From Candidatus Altiarchaeales archaeon IMC4 (GTDB lineage: Archaea; Altiarchaeota; Altiarchaeia; IMC4): 16,692 nt of DNA. The position numbers and the translations under genes were made by a program. The notes beneath the pieces are model-generated. The model did no database searches, was not told the origin of the DNA, and saw only the letters and a list, made by a program, of their open reading frames with translations. Shown here piece after piece: positions 7,801-15,905 of this stretch (the first letter of the stretch is position 1; each line of letters starts with the position of its first letter). The DNA lies in the NCBI GenBank assembly GCA_001742785.1, contig MCBF01000001.1:208964-225655 (forward strand), written 5' to 3'.

Positions 7801-8258
7801 ATCAGGGGCCTGAAAACCCGCACCATCCTGGCGCCGCTTAGTTTGAATATTATGTCGGGGTTCAAATCCTCGTAAAGCGTGTCCCCGTAGCGCAGTATCC
7901 TGCCGAGCGTCTTTCTTTCCTCTGGCGCAATGTCCATGACACGTTTTATCAGGTCATAGCGCATTATCTTCGAGCCCTTCCGGTAGTAAAGTTCGCAGGT
8001 CGTTAGGTCGATGAAGAAATAACTTTCGGTAACCGGAATCGCGGCTTCCTTTCGTTTTATGCCGCTTGAACCATCTTCCGGGCGGGAAACCTTGAACTTC
8101 ACCAGGGGGAAATACCCGCATTCCCTCTCGGTTATGTCTCCGCCGCGCGATAGGAGAGGAATTCCTTTGGGCCTTTCGCGCTCGAGGCGTCTCTTGCACT
8201 TTGCTTCGGACTCGTCCGTTACCGCAAATGAAAGTGTTTCTACACGGGTTATTTTCAT
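4836..8258 (-). CDS. Tandem-AAA ATPase (Cdc48/Vps4-like classic clade) with an unknown N-domain, a coiled coil and a C-terminal DUF835-like domain
   Basis: Two modules, each with GILLYGPPGCGKT (Walker A), IIFFDEI[E/D] (Walker B) and AATN.PW..DPAL.RS.RF (SRH). The C-terminal GLCITRTHP...IIWLS...DPTDL...VVLLEGLEYLI.QNSF is typical of DUF835. Confidence 0.88.
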   Translation of the reverse strand: MKITRVETLSFAVTDESEAKCKRRLERERPKGIPLLSRGGDITERECGYFPLVKFKVSRPEDGSSGIKRKEAAIPVTESYFFIDLTTCELYYRKGSKIMRYDLIKRVMDIAPEERKTLGRILRYGDTLYEDLNPDIIFKLSGARMVRVFRPLIKDIANAIENELNPDPKRPPYEVKKHVKVAFEFPRFGDPKFDLAAYFEAKDTIMDDYKKHPIHYPIDEVSKVISEFFMGEVKLEALVYLPFIQYTYSTTKYEGRKSELQFPLVRKGQKNAIYKTGEKLRPVSLGTGMGDEGVPVERSTINFSDVVNLENVKDEIRDDIIYPIMRPDLAKQFGKKGGGGILLYGPPGCGKTFIAKATIGECGVSFFNVNLSDIFSQGGESATVALHSIFEKACKSSPSIIFFDEIEAIGGRRGSEQTGKERRGVDQFLTEMDGVETMSENVLIIAATNSPWSIDPALKRSKRFSKQIFVPPPNTEMREKLFIEYTKKEPIEEGIDFKKLAELAEGYSCSDIKEICDEAARIPWKEAIKDGTGRKITNQDFTKAITKQQSSLIAWFKLAEKEILKSGESDLYKDFGRDIAKYGAGVDPVEKPKISFSDIGGLKEVKEEIKRLVVYPMKYPELAREYYRTVGGGILLYGPPGCGKTYMAQATAGECDASFFNVGATDILSGEPGESERKIKEIFERASKNAPAIIFFDEIDALGGRRESVKEDESRRITNQLLVELDGFKCRAGVVVMAATNEPWGLDPALRRSGRFTQQILVPPPDLKARYSILKIHTKHMPLDDDADIERVADATEGYSGSDMKEICRAAADIPWEQAVRGQERKKITTDDLLNAVKRQKSSLIPWAKMAQKQLKESGEKEIYKDLFDMIIEIEARSEYSKDDIREIVKREKSRVAEEERTYAPPDETDILKKHLAETEDKRRSIMESIERSKYKYHKRELDEESFREIVRDYQKQLIGIEQEAVGMKNRLFEHKKEAIGSELESGVIYLATDETGQDSIALFTDLVSIGLEGLCITRTHPDKMRERYDIKTPIIWLSRSKDYAERVDPTDLISLAHTIREFIGKGSKSVVLLEGLEYLITQNSFDDVLKLVQSLNDSIAPSKSRLIVPFNPGVLEQQQIALLGKECKHLDFSKKKSAK

Positions 8259-8260
8259 TG

Positions 8261-9412
8261 TTAGATATCTGCCATAAACCCCTCGATTTTTTCAAGCGCC
8301 TCGGTTATCGTCTCCCTTGAAACCGAATAAGAGCATCGGACATATCCCTCGCCGGACTGCCCGAATGTCGAGCCTGGGACTGTCGCCACCTTCGCCTCCT
8401 TCAGGAGCCTCTGTGCGAACTCCTCGGATTTCAATCCGGTTTTTTTTATGTTCGGGAAAACGTAGAATGCGCCGGCAGGCATTATGCATGAGATCCCCTG
8501 GATGGCATTCAGGCCCTTGACGAGCAGTTTGCGTCGGTGGTCATATTCCCGGACCATCCCCTTGACCTCGTTCTCGCAGTCAAACGCCCCGAGCATCGCG
8601 TACTGCGAAACCGACGGGGCGCAAAGCATGGCGTACTGGTGGATCTTCATCATCGCTTCTATGAACTCGTGGTTTCCTGCGGCGTAGCCTATGCGCCAGC
8701 CGGTTGCGGCGTATGACTTTGAAAACCCGTTTATCGTTATTGTCCGGTCTTCCATGCCGGGAAACGAGCCGATGCTGTAGTGCTTCCTGCCGTCGTAAAT
8801 CAACTCTTCGTAGATTTCATCGGATATGACAACAAGGTTATTTTCAACCGCCAAACCGGCAATATCCTCAAGGTCTTTTTTTGTCAGGACGCTTCCCGTC
8901 GGGTTGTTCGGGGATGCGACAACAATCGCCCTTGTCTTTTTCGTTATCCTCTTCTCTATATCCTGCGAAGTTATCCTGAACTCGTTTTCCTCGAAGGTCG
9001 GCACCGCAACGGGCGTGCAGTTTGCAAACCAGACGCACGGCTTGTATGAAACGTAGCTTGGTTCCGGGACAATGACCTCGTCGCCCGGGTTAAGTATCGC
9101 CCGGAACGCCAAATCCAGTGCCTCGGACGTGCCTGCCGTTACGAGGACCTCGTTTTTGGGGTTTGCGCTTATCCCGTTTTTGTCCTTCAGTTTTTTGGAT
9201 ATTTTTTCGCGAAGTTCGATCAGGCCGTAGTTCGAGGTGTAAGCAGTATTGTCCGATTCGATCGCCCGGATCCCCGCATCCTTGAGGGGCTCAGGGGTTG
9301 GGAAGTCTGGCTCACCGACCCCAAGGCTGACCACTCCCTCGGTCTCTTGGACCATATCAAAAAACTTCCTTATCCCTGAAAAGGGGGTTTCCCTTACGCG
9401 TTTTGATATCAT
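8261..9412 (-). CDS. PLP-dependent class I/II aminotransferase (aspartate/alanine aminotransferase-like)
   Basis: SLGVGEPDF, SPNNPTG, ISDEIY, GFSKSYAATGWRIG (PLP lysine) and GAFYVF motifs. Confidence 0.95.
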   Translation of the reverse strand: MISKRVRETPFSGIRKFFDMVQETEGVVSLGVGEPDFPTPEPLKDAGIRAIESDNTAYTSNYGLIELREKISKKLKDKNGISANPKNEVLVTAGTSEALDLAFRAILNPGDEVIVPEPSYVSYKPCVWFANCTPVAVPTFEENEFRITSQDIEKRITKKTRAIVVASPNNPTGSVLTKKDLEDIAGLAVENNLVVISDEIYEELIYDGRKHYSIGSFPGMEDRTITINGFSKSYAATGWRIGYAAGNHEFIEAMMKIHQYAMLCAPSVSQYAMLGAFDCENEVKGMVREYDHRRKLLVKGLNAIQGISCIMPAGAFYVFPNIKKTGLKSEEFAQRLLKEAKVATVPGSTFGQSGEGYVRCSYSVSRETITEALEKIEGFMADI

Positions 9413-9417
9413 TTAGG

Positions 9418-9909
9418 TTACAAACTGACCTTCAGCCTCTTTACCTCGTCGTCAATGAACATCTCCCCGTCCCGCTTGAAGACCTTCATTATTATGTGGG
9501 TGTTCGTGCCGACGATCTCCTTTTTCGGGGCAAGCTTGTCCGTTACGAACTCGCTGATTTCGTCTATGTTTTTGCCCTCGACAAACAGCATAAGGTCGTA
9601 GTCGCCCGTTGCAACGTAAACGCCGCGAACCCTTGGGTCCTTTGATATCTCCCTGCACGTGCGCTCGAACCCCGCCCGCTCCTGCGGCACGACCTTGGCC
9701 TGGATCACGGCATTAACCTCGTGTTCGCCTGCCTTTCTCCAGTCAATGACTGTTTTGAACTTTTTTATGATTTTTTCCTTGCGCAGCCGTTCAATCTGCT
9801 TTTTGATGTCTGCCTCGGAAGCGCCGAGCATCGTCGCGATGTCTTTTTCAGATATGCGCGCGTCGTTTTCCAGAATCCTAAGTATTTCGATGTCGCGGTT
9901 GGTTTTCAT
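9418..9909 (-). CDS. Lrp/AsnC-family transcriptional regulator
   Basis: EILRILENDARIS HTH, TVIDW and TGDYDL (RAM domain). Directly upstream of the aminotransferase with a 5-bp gap. Confidence 0.92.
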   Translation of the reverse strand: MKTNRDIEILRILENDARISEKDIATMLGASEADIKKQIERLRKEKIIKKFKTVIDWRKAGEHEVNAVIQAKVVPQERAGFERTCREISKDPRVRGVYVATGDYDLMLFVEGKNIDEISEFVTDKLAPKKEIVGTNTHIIMKVFKRDGEMFIDDEVKRLKVSL

Positions 9910-9945
9910 TTCTTAATACTATTATCTTCCAAATAATTAAGTGAA

Positions 9946-10443
9946 ATGTTATACCTTTTGGATACGTGCATTTATGGTGTTCTGGTGGATAAAGGGCATA
10001 AGGAATACACAAATGTTAGAAAAATACTGGATTACGCAAAGAAACATGGCGATAAATTTGTTACCACATTCATAATAGCGAATGAGTTGGACGATATGAT
10101 GAAGGAGCATAAGGATATAGTCCTGCCCGTCTATTATGCCACCGCCCAATCCATGATTGAACATCTGATAGGCGAAAAAGTAAAGGACGTAAGGAATCTC
10201 GCTTGGAGGTACATTCAGGAACTGAAGATTGACGATGCTGAAAAAGTATTCCCGGACGCTGAAAATTACTCATGGGCGTGCCATGCCAAAATAGACGCAT
10301 TCGTAACCATCAACAGAAGGGGTGTATTATCAAAACACCTGCAACCAAGAATAAAACGAATCAATGAAGAAGCGCAGGTAAGGTACGTGGAAATAACGAC
10401 ACCTACTGAGTTTTTGGGCTTTTTGGCCTCCCGAACTCCGTAA
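9946..10443 (+). CDS. PIN-domain-like (VapC-type) protein
   Basis: N-terminal YLLDTCIY, central IIANEL, later FPDAE and FVTIN match the PIN acidic-residue pattern. AT-rich relative to its neighbours. Confidence 0.65.
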   Translation: MLYLLDTCIYGVLVDKGHKEYTNVRKILDYAKKHGDKFVTTFIIANELDDMMKEHKDIVLPVYYATAQSMIEHLIGEKVKDVRNLAWRYIQELKIDDAEKVFPDAENYSWACHAKIDAFVTINRRGVLSKHLQPRIKRINEEAQVRYVEITTPTEFLGFLASRTP

Positions 10444-10525
10444 CGTATTCTTCATACATCCGTTTACCGTGCTCAAGCTTAATCCGATCCAATTGCTCCC
10501 AGACGGTTTCTTTCTTTTTTGTCAT
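10403..10525 (-). CDS. Putative 40-aa protein (not in the ORF track)
   Basis: MTKKKETVWEQLDRIKLEHGKRMYEEYVTEFGRPKSPKTQ*, with TTTATA about 28 nt upstream on the minus strand (10558-10553). Overlaps the PIN gene 3' end convergently. Confidence 0.4.
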   Translation of the reverse strand: MTKKKETVWEQLDRIKLEHGKRMYEEYVTEFGRPKSPKTQ

Positions 10526-10580
10526 TTCCGATAAATATATCCGATTGCGGGTATAAATATCGGCAAATCTATGAGATAAT

Positions 10581-11543
10581 ATGGAAAAAATAAAAACTTG
10601 GGCACAGTCAAATAAAGAACGATTGGTTCATTTCCTTGTCCTTGTGGTTATTACAGTAATTTGTACGGTTTTCTTGGATTTTGGCAATATTGGTGGCGAG
10701 GCGAATTTTATCCATTATTTGATGGCGGGTTATCTTGTGTTTGCCTTGTTTATACCTGTGTTTTTCATTCTCTTGTTTGGGTCATTAATAGACGCACTAC
10801 CCTACGTCGGCTATATTATTTTTCTAATCCTTACAACTATAACCCTGTGGCACATATCTGGAATGTTTGTCAGCATTAAGTCAAAGAAAATTAAACCTAA
10901 ACATAAACCTAAACAATTTGTACTGTCTTTAATTCCGTTTATAATAATCTTTCTGATACTTGCGTTTATTATTTCTCAGATGGGCATTCTTGCAAAACCG
11001 GCAATCTACCTATACCCTGAAGAAGATTCTTTTGTCGATGTCAAACTCAACATAAACGGAAAAATAACTGTTACAAAACCGCCGTATGGCGATGGCTGGA
11101 ATGTTTTTGCAACGAAAGAGGGTACCATAAATGGAGGATACGATTACTTGTTCTGGGAGGCAATTCCATATAACCTTGGTATGCGTTCTGACCTGCCCTC
11201 TGAAGGTTGGGTCGTGAAATACGAGGATTTGGAGTCTTGGTTTGATGTAAACCTAATCAAACTCGGACTGAACGAAAAAGAAAAGGGGCAGTTTATGGAG
11301 TACTGGCTGAAGAAATTGCCGGAATCGGATTATTACGAAATCAAACTGCTGAGTGATGAATTTATGGCAGAGAACATGGATTTGATAGTTTCGCCGCAAC
11401 CGGACACCGTTATCAGGTTAAACTTCTACTTCAAACCCCACAACGAAAAAATCGATTTGGTTGAACCTGAAATTAAACCCCCGCAAAGAACCGGTTTTGT
11501 CGTTGTCGAGTGGGGCGGAATCTTGGATGACGGACTTTTCTAA
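10581..11543 (+). CDS. Membrane protein with about four N-terminal TM helices and a conserved uncharacterised KPxIYLYP...VVEWGG domain
   Basis: Hydrophobic N-terminal ~135 aa, then AKPAIYLYP, YDYLFWE, LGLNEKE...FMEYW, PQPDTVIR and RTGFVVVEWGG motifs. Function unknown. Confidence 0.75.
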   Translation: MEKIKTWAQSNKERLVHFLVLVVITVICTVFLDFGNIGGEANFIHYLMAGYLVFALFIPVFFILLFGSLIDALPYVGYIIFLILTTITLWHISGMFVSIKSKKIKPKHKPKQFVLSLIPFIIIFLILAFIISQMGILAKPAIYLYPEEDSFVDVKLNINGKITVTKPPYGDGWNVFATKEGTINGGYDYLFWEAIPYNLGMRSDLPSEGWVVKYEDLESWFDVNLIKLGLNEKEKGQFMEYWLKKLPESDYYEIKLLSDEFMAENMDLIVSPQPDTVIRLNFYFKPHNEKIDLVEPEIKPPQRTGFVVVEWGGILDDGLF

Positions 11544-11904
11544 TAGAAAAACAACGGTGAAAATCACAAACAAAACCCAAGACTTTGCCATAAGCGAAAA
11601 CGCGAAGCTTGCGGATTCGTTTTTCGGCAGGTTCCGCGGGCTTATGTTGTCTGCGCCCAAGGACATCGTTCTCGTTTCACCGAAGGAAACGATCGCCCAC
11701 TCCTCGATACACATGCTCTTCATGCGTTTCCCGATAGACGTCATCTGGCTTAGTTCTGAAATGGTAGTGGTTGACATCCAGCGAAAACTAAAACCAAACA
11801 CCATGAAAATCTCCAAGCCGCAAAAAGCTGCGAAATACGTTGTTGAAATAGGCCACGGCGACGCCGGAAAAACAAAAATAGGCGACACCCTGGGATTTAT
11901 TTAG
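11527..11904 (+). CDS. DUF192 (UPF0127) family protein
   Basis: ADSFFGRFRGLM, IHMLFMRFPIDVIWL and AKYVVEI motifs. The start is either ATG 11527 or GTG 11557. Confidence 0.88.
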   Translation: MTDFSNRKTTVKITNKTQDFAISENAKLADSFFGRFRGLMLSAPKDIVLVSPKETIAHSSIHMLFMRFPIDVIWLSSEMVVVDIQRKLKPNTMKISKPQKAAKYVVEIGHGDAGKTKIGDTLGFI

Positions 11905-12241
11905 CCATGCGCCTTTGTTTTATCTCCCGCCCGTAAGGGTAAACAATCACCTTCTTGCAGTACGGGCACGTCTTTTCGACCTTGTGCTCGTCCGAGTTAA
12001 GCCGGACTTTCGCAGCCGACGGCAGAAGGTAGCGGTAGCAGTATTTGCAGAATTTCCTTTTGTGCTCGGCGGCAACCGAGGTGTTGGTCGCCATGCCGAT
12101 TTGGCGCGCCTGTTTAACGTAGCGGTCTGCGGCTTCGAGGTCGCCTGCGAGCGCCTCCTTGTCCGCAAGCCCCATCAGAATCTCAATGCGCTCTTCGGCG
12201 ATGTTCTGCCTGCCTTTTTTTGCCCTTGCGCGGGACAGCAT
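11897..12241 (-). CDS. rnp4: Ribonuclease P protein component 4 (Rpp21)
   Basis: IAEERIEIL...ADRYV..AR.I, then KRKFCKYC...CPYC zinc ribbon and YPY. Confidence 0.93.
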   Translation of the reverse strand: MLSRARAKKGRQNIAEERIEILMGLADKEALAGDLEAADRYVKQARQIGMATNTSVAAEHKRKFCKYCYRYLLPSAAKVRLNSDEHKVEKTCPYCKKVIVYPYGREIKQRRMAK

Positions 12242-12242
12242 C

Positions 12243-12479
12243 TTAGGATTGCAGTCCTGCCTTCTTCAGGGCGTCCAAAACGGCTTTGTCGTCGGCACCC
12301 TTCTTTATGTCGAGAACGTTCGTCAGAGGCTCGAGGTCAAGCGCGTTGACCTTCCTTCGCTTTACTGCCTGCCCGGCGATCGTAACACGGTTATCCTTCG
12401 CCGCTTCCACCACAACGCACGTTTTTCCTGCATCGCTTCCGTTTACCTTTTTGCAGACCCTGCCAACATCAAGTATCAT
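12243..12479 (-). CDS. rpl14e: 50S ribosomal protein L14e
   Basis: DVGRVC.K.NGSDAGKTCVVV...VTIAG..VKRRKVN..DLEP, a KOW-type archaeal L14e pattern. Confidence 0.9.
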   Translation of the reverse strand: MILDVGRVCKKVNGSDAGKTCVVVEAAKDNRVTIAGQAVKRRKVNALDLEPLTNVLDIKKGADDKAVLDALKKAGLQS

Positions 12480-12575
12480 TTTTAAAATCTGATTCTATTA
12501 TTTAGACTACTATATTTTGATTCGAAGTAAATAAATATAGTTATCGTGAAATCGCCTAAGCGATTTGCTTATCTT

Positions 12576-12648
12576 GCCCTTGTAGCTCAGTTGGTAGAGC
12601 GCTCGACTGTTAATCGAGTGGTCGAAGGTTCAAGTCCTTCCGAGGGCG
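12576..12648 (+). tRNA. tRNA-Asn (anticodon GTT), intronless, CCA not encoded
   Basis: Acceptor stem GCCCTTG/CGAGGGC plus discriminator G, D arm GCTC..GAGC, anticodon arm CTCGA-CTGTTAA-TCGAG, T arm GAAGG-TTCAAGT-CCTTC. Confidence 0.96.
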
Positions 12649-12671
12649 CTGATTATTATTTTTGTCCATTC

Positions 12672-12678
12672 TTTTAAA
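12672..12678 (+). promoter_or_regulatory. Putative TATA box for the HMG-CoA synthase/thiolase operon
   Basis: TTTTAAA centred about 26 nt upstream of ATG 12701, the spacing expected for a leaderless archaeal transcript. Confidence 0.4.
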
Positions 12679-12711
12679 TTCCGATACATAATTACTAACG
12701 ATGGTCGGCAT

Positions 12712-12763
12712 CGGCTGGCGTTCCAGCCGGCAGAACATTGGAATTTGCCTGTGGCAAATTCCA
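12712..12763. repeat. Double hairpin (52 bp) upstream of HMG-CoA synthase
   Basis: CGGCTGG-cgtt-CCAGCCG (12712-12729) and TGGAATTTGCC-tgt-GGCAAATTCCA (12739-12763). Confidence 0.85.
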
Positions 12764-12792
12764 CAATACTAATCAAAAACGCTAAAACGAAA

Positions 12793-13842
12793 ATGGTTGG
12801 AATCGTTGGTTACGGCGCCTACATCCCGCGCTACAGGATAAAGATTACAGAAATTGCAAGGGTGTGGGAGGATGACGGCGAGCGTATAAGCAAGGGTTTA
12901 TTTGTCTATGACAAATCCGTCCCGGAGCTTGATGAAGACGCCGCAACCATCGCGGTCGCCGCCGCAAGGAATGCTGTTTCCCACTCAGGCATAAACCCCC
13001 TTGATATCGGGGCGATCTACGTCGGTTCCGAGTCCCATCCGTATTCTGTCAAGCCGACCGCCACGATAGTTGCCGCCGCCGTCGAAGCGGTCTCGGAGCT
13101 TACCGCCGCAGACTACGAGTTCGCGTGCAAGGCAGGGACCGCCGCGATACAGACCTGCATGGGCCTTGCAAAGTCAGGGATGATAAAGTACGGCCTCGCA
13201 ATCGGGGCTGATACCGCGCAAGGCAAGCCCGGCGACATTCTTGAGTACACCGCAAGCGCGGGCGGGGCGGCGTTCCTCATAGGAAACGACAACACGGTTG
13301 CCGACATACTTGACACTTATTCTTACACCACGGACACGCCGGACTTCTGGCGCCGCGAGGGCCAGGAGTTCCCGATGCACGGAGCCCGCTTTACCGGGGA
13401 GCCTGCCTATTTTAAACACGTGACGAATGCCACGAAGGGCATACTGGAGAAAAACAAGATGAAACCGGAAGATTTCGACTACGCCGTCTTCCATCAGCCA
13501 AACGGCAAATTCCCGCTTGCGGCGGCGAAGATGCTCGGGTTCGAAGACAAGCAGATGACGCTCGGGCTTGTAACGCCCTACATCGGAAACACGTACTCGG
13601 GCGCCGCTATGATCGGGCTTGCGAAGGTTCTTGACGACGCAAATGAGGGCGACATGATCCTTGTCACGTCGTTCGGCTCCGGGGCAGGAAGCGATGCCTT
13701 CATAATAAAGGTTACCGGAGAAAACGAAAAAAGGAGAAACAAAGCGAGGGTTCAGGATTACATCGACAACAAGGAGTACGTCGATTACGCAAAATACGCA
13801 AAACTTAAGAGGAAGATAAAGGGGGTGCACCTGCAAAAATGA
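12793..13842 (+). CDS. Archaeal hydroxymethylglutaryl-CoA synthase
   Basis: [16 protein letters not shown] start, [15 protein letters not shown] (catalytic Cys), [25 protein letters not shown] and SFGSGAGSD motifs. Confidence 0.95.
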   Translation: MVGIVGYGAYIPRYRIKITEIARVWEDDGERISKGLFVYDKSVPELDEDAATIAVAAARNAVSHSGINPLDIGAIYVGSESHPYSVKPTATIVAAAVEAVSELTAADYEFACKAGTAAIQTCMGLAKSGMIKYGLAIGADTAQGKPGDILEYTASAGGAAFLIGNDNTVADILDTYSYTTDTPDFWRREGQEFPMHGARFTGEPAYFKHVTNATKGILEKNKMKPEDFDYAVFHQPNGKFPLAAAKMLGFEDKQMTLGLVTPYIGNTYSGAAMIGLAKVLDDANEGDMILVTSFGSGAGSDAFIIKVTGENEKRRNKARVQDYIDNKEYVDYAKYAKLKRKIKGVHLQK

Positions 13843-15002
13843 CGCGCGTGGCAATAATCGGGGTCGGGATGACCCCGTTCATGGAACACTGGCAGGAGGG
13901 GTACAGGGACCTGATAACAAGGGCCGGCGCACAGGCGGTGAACGATGCCGGAATCGAAGGGAACGACATCGATGCGTTCTATGTCGGCGCGATGTCGCCA
14001 GGACAGCTCATCGGGCAGGAGCATATCGGCGCGCTGATTGCCGATTTCGTCGGGCTCTCGGAAAAGGCTTCAACCCGTGTAGAGGGCGCGTGCGCATCCG
14101 GCGGGCTTGCACTTCGGCAGGCGTACCTTTCGATAAAGGCGGGCATGAACGATATCGTGGTTGCGGCGGGCGGGGAGAAGATGACCGACGTTCCTACTTC
14201 GTCGGCGGTTGTCGCACTTGCAGGCGCGGGGGACGAGGAATGGGAGTCCTTCAACGGCGCGACATTTCCGGGGCTTTACGCCATGATGGCGCGAAGGCAC
14301 ATGCACGAGTACGGAACAACCGAGGAGCAGATGGCAATGGTCGCGGTCAAGAACCATCATAACGCGACGATGAACAAAAACGCGCAGTACCAGTTCGAGG
14401 TAACCCTCGAGCAGGTAATGAATTCCTCTCCGATTGCAACGCCCTTGAAGCTCCTTGACTGCTCGCCGATTACTGACGGCAGCGCTGCCGTTATCCTTGC
14501 AGGCGAGAAAACCGCAAAAAGGCTGACTGACAAGCCGATATGGATAGAAGGCACCGGGCAGTCCGGGGACTCGCTTGCCCTTCACGACAGAAAAAGTTTA
14601 TCGAGAACGGATGCTGCCGTGAGGGCATCAAGACTGGCATACGAGATGGCAGGCATCGGGCCGCAGGATATCGACACTGCGGAGGTTCACGACTGCTTCA
14701 CGATAGCGGAAATCATGGCAATCGAGGCCCTCGGCTTCTGCGATTTTGGGCAGGGGGGCAAGATCACCGAAAACGGAGAAACACGAATCGGGGGGCGCAT
14801 TCCCGTCAACACGTCGGGCGGCCTGAAAGCGAAGGGGCACCCCGTCGGGGCGACCGGAATCGCGCAGGCAATCGAGGTTGCGCTCCAGCTTCGCGGCGAG
14901 GCGGGAAAACGGCAGGTCCAGGACGCGAAAATCGGGCTGACTCACAATGTCGGCGGCTCAGGGGCTACATGCGTGGTGCACATTCTGAAGAAGGATTACT
15001 GA
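13839..15002 (+). CDS. Acetoacetyl-CoA thiolase (archaeal SCP2-type)
   Basis: [47 protein letters not shown] and HNVGG motifs. 4-bp ATGA overlap with HMG-CoA synthase. Confidence 0.95.
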   Translation: MTRVAIIGVGMTPFMEHWQEGYRDLITRAGAQAVNDAGIEGNDIDAFYVGAMSPGQLIGQEHIGALIADFVGLSEKASTRVEGACASGGLALRQAYLSIKAGMNDIVVAAGGEKMTDVPTSSAVVALAGAGDEEWESFNGATFPGLYAMMARRHMHEYGTTEEQMAMVAVKNHHNATMNKNAQYQFEVTLEQVMNSSPIATPLKLLDCSPITDGSAAVILAGEKTAKRLTDKPIWIEGTGQSGDSLALHDRKSLSRTDAAVRASRLAYEMAGIGPQDIDTAEVHDCFTIAEIMAIEALGFCDFGQGGKITENGETRIGGRIPVNTSGGLKAKGHPVGATGIAQAIEVALQLRGEAGKRQVQDAKIGLTHNVGGSGATCVVHILKKDY

Positions 15003-15003
15003 A

Positions 15004-15870
15004 TTACGGAACTACCATCACCTCAAGCACGTTCCCGACCAAAATCATCGCAACGAACGCCAGAAGGAATATCGGGGCGAACTTTATGCCCCACTTGATT
15101 TGAATTTCCTGCGGGATTTTTCCGTCTGCTGCGAGTTTTCTTATCTGTTCGATTTGCCCGCTTTCCAGCCCCTCAATGTCGTTCTTTTTTGCTATCAGTT
15201 CTCCGTCGGTTTTTATGTCCTGCGCCGGGACATCGCCGATGGAAAGCGCATCGACATTTATCGTTTTCTGAAGCGCGACCTTTTCGACTGCCTTGAGGTA
15301 GATTGAAAGGACTATGTATGCGGGAATGACGAGAAATAGGCACTGGCCAAATCTGGCAAAGAAAAACACGGACAGGGCTGTCGATGCCGCCAGAAGTACC
15401 AGATATTGCGGCTTAACCGCCTCTTTTGCAAACCTGCTGAAAACGCCAGGGGTTATGAACCCAAGCACCAGGGCGTAAACCGCGGCGTATGGTATCGCGG
15501 CAAACCCCATGTTGACTGGGTAAACAAGGTAATAGGGGATGATGCCCTTGTGCGCAAGTGCGCCGAAAAGCCCTGCGGCGTTCATGTACCCAAGAAGGCA
15601 CCCTATGCCTGCGAACAGTTTGACGTCCCCGCCGCCCCACTGGCCGAGCCGTAAAAGCAGGTATGCGGCGATAAAGTAGGACGCGCCGATAACTGCGGAA
15701 TTTACTATGAATGAGGGATTATGTGAAAAAACAGAACTTACCAGCGCGATAAACAGAAAAAACCCCGCCATGCCGAGGCTTATCCTGTCCGGTATCTCGC
15801 CGGTCCTTAGGTCATAGTAGCTTGCCGCAACCAGAAAAAACAGCGCTGCGCCGATGACGAATTCGATCAT
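15004..15870 (-). CDS. A24-family prepilin/prearchaellin peptidase (FlaK/PibD/EppA-like)
   Basis: ASYYDLRTGEIP (first Asp), WGGGDVK (GxGD), multiple TM helices and C-terminal GIKFAP. Confidence 0.9.
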   Translation of the reverse strand: MIEFVIGAALFFLVAASYYDLRTGEIPDRISLGMAGFFLFIALVSSVFSHNPSFIVNSAVIGASYFIAAYLLLRLGQWGGGDVKLFAGIGCLLGYMNAAGLFGALAHKGIIPYYLVYPVNMGFAAIPYAAVYALVLGFITPGVFSRFAKEAVKPQYLVLLAASTALSVFFFARFGQCLFLVIPAYIVLSIYLKAVEKVALQKTINVDALSIGDVPAQDIKTDGELIAKKNDIEGLESGQIEQIRKLAADGKIPQEIQIKWGIKFAPIFLLAFVAMILVGNVLEVMVVP

Positions 15871-15905
15871 AAGTATAATTTATGTCGGCGTTCATAAATC
15901 TATCT

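Noticed and set aside
12549..12566. AAATCGC-ctaa-GCGATTT hairpin before tRNA-Asn as another insert
   Set aside because: It is a single 7-bp stem with no partner hairpin or duplication. It may be related but support is too weak.
12745..12792. N-terminal extension of HMG-CoA synthase from TTG 12745
   Set aside because: It starts inside a hairpin, and homologues begin at the xGIVGYG motif, favouring ATG 12793.
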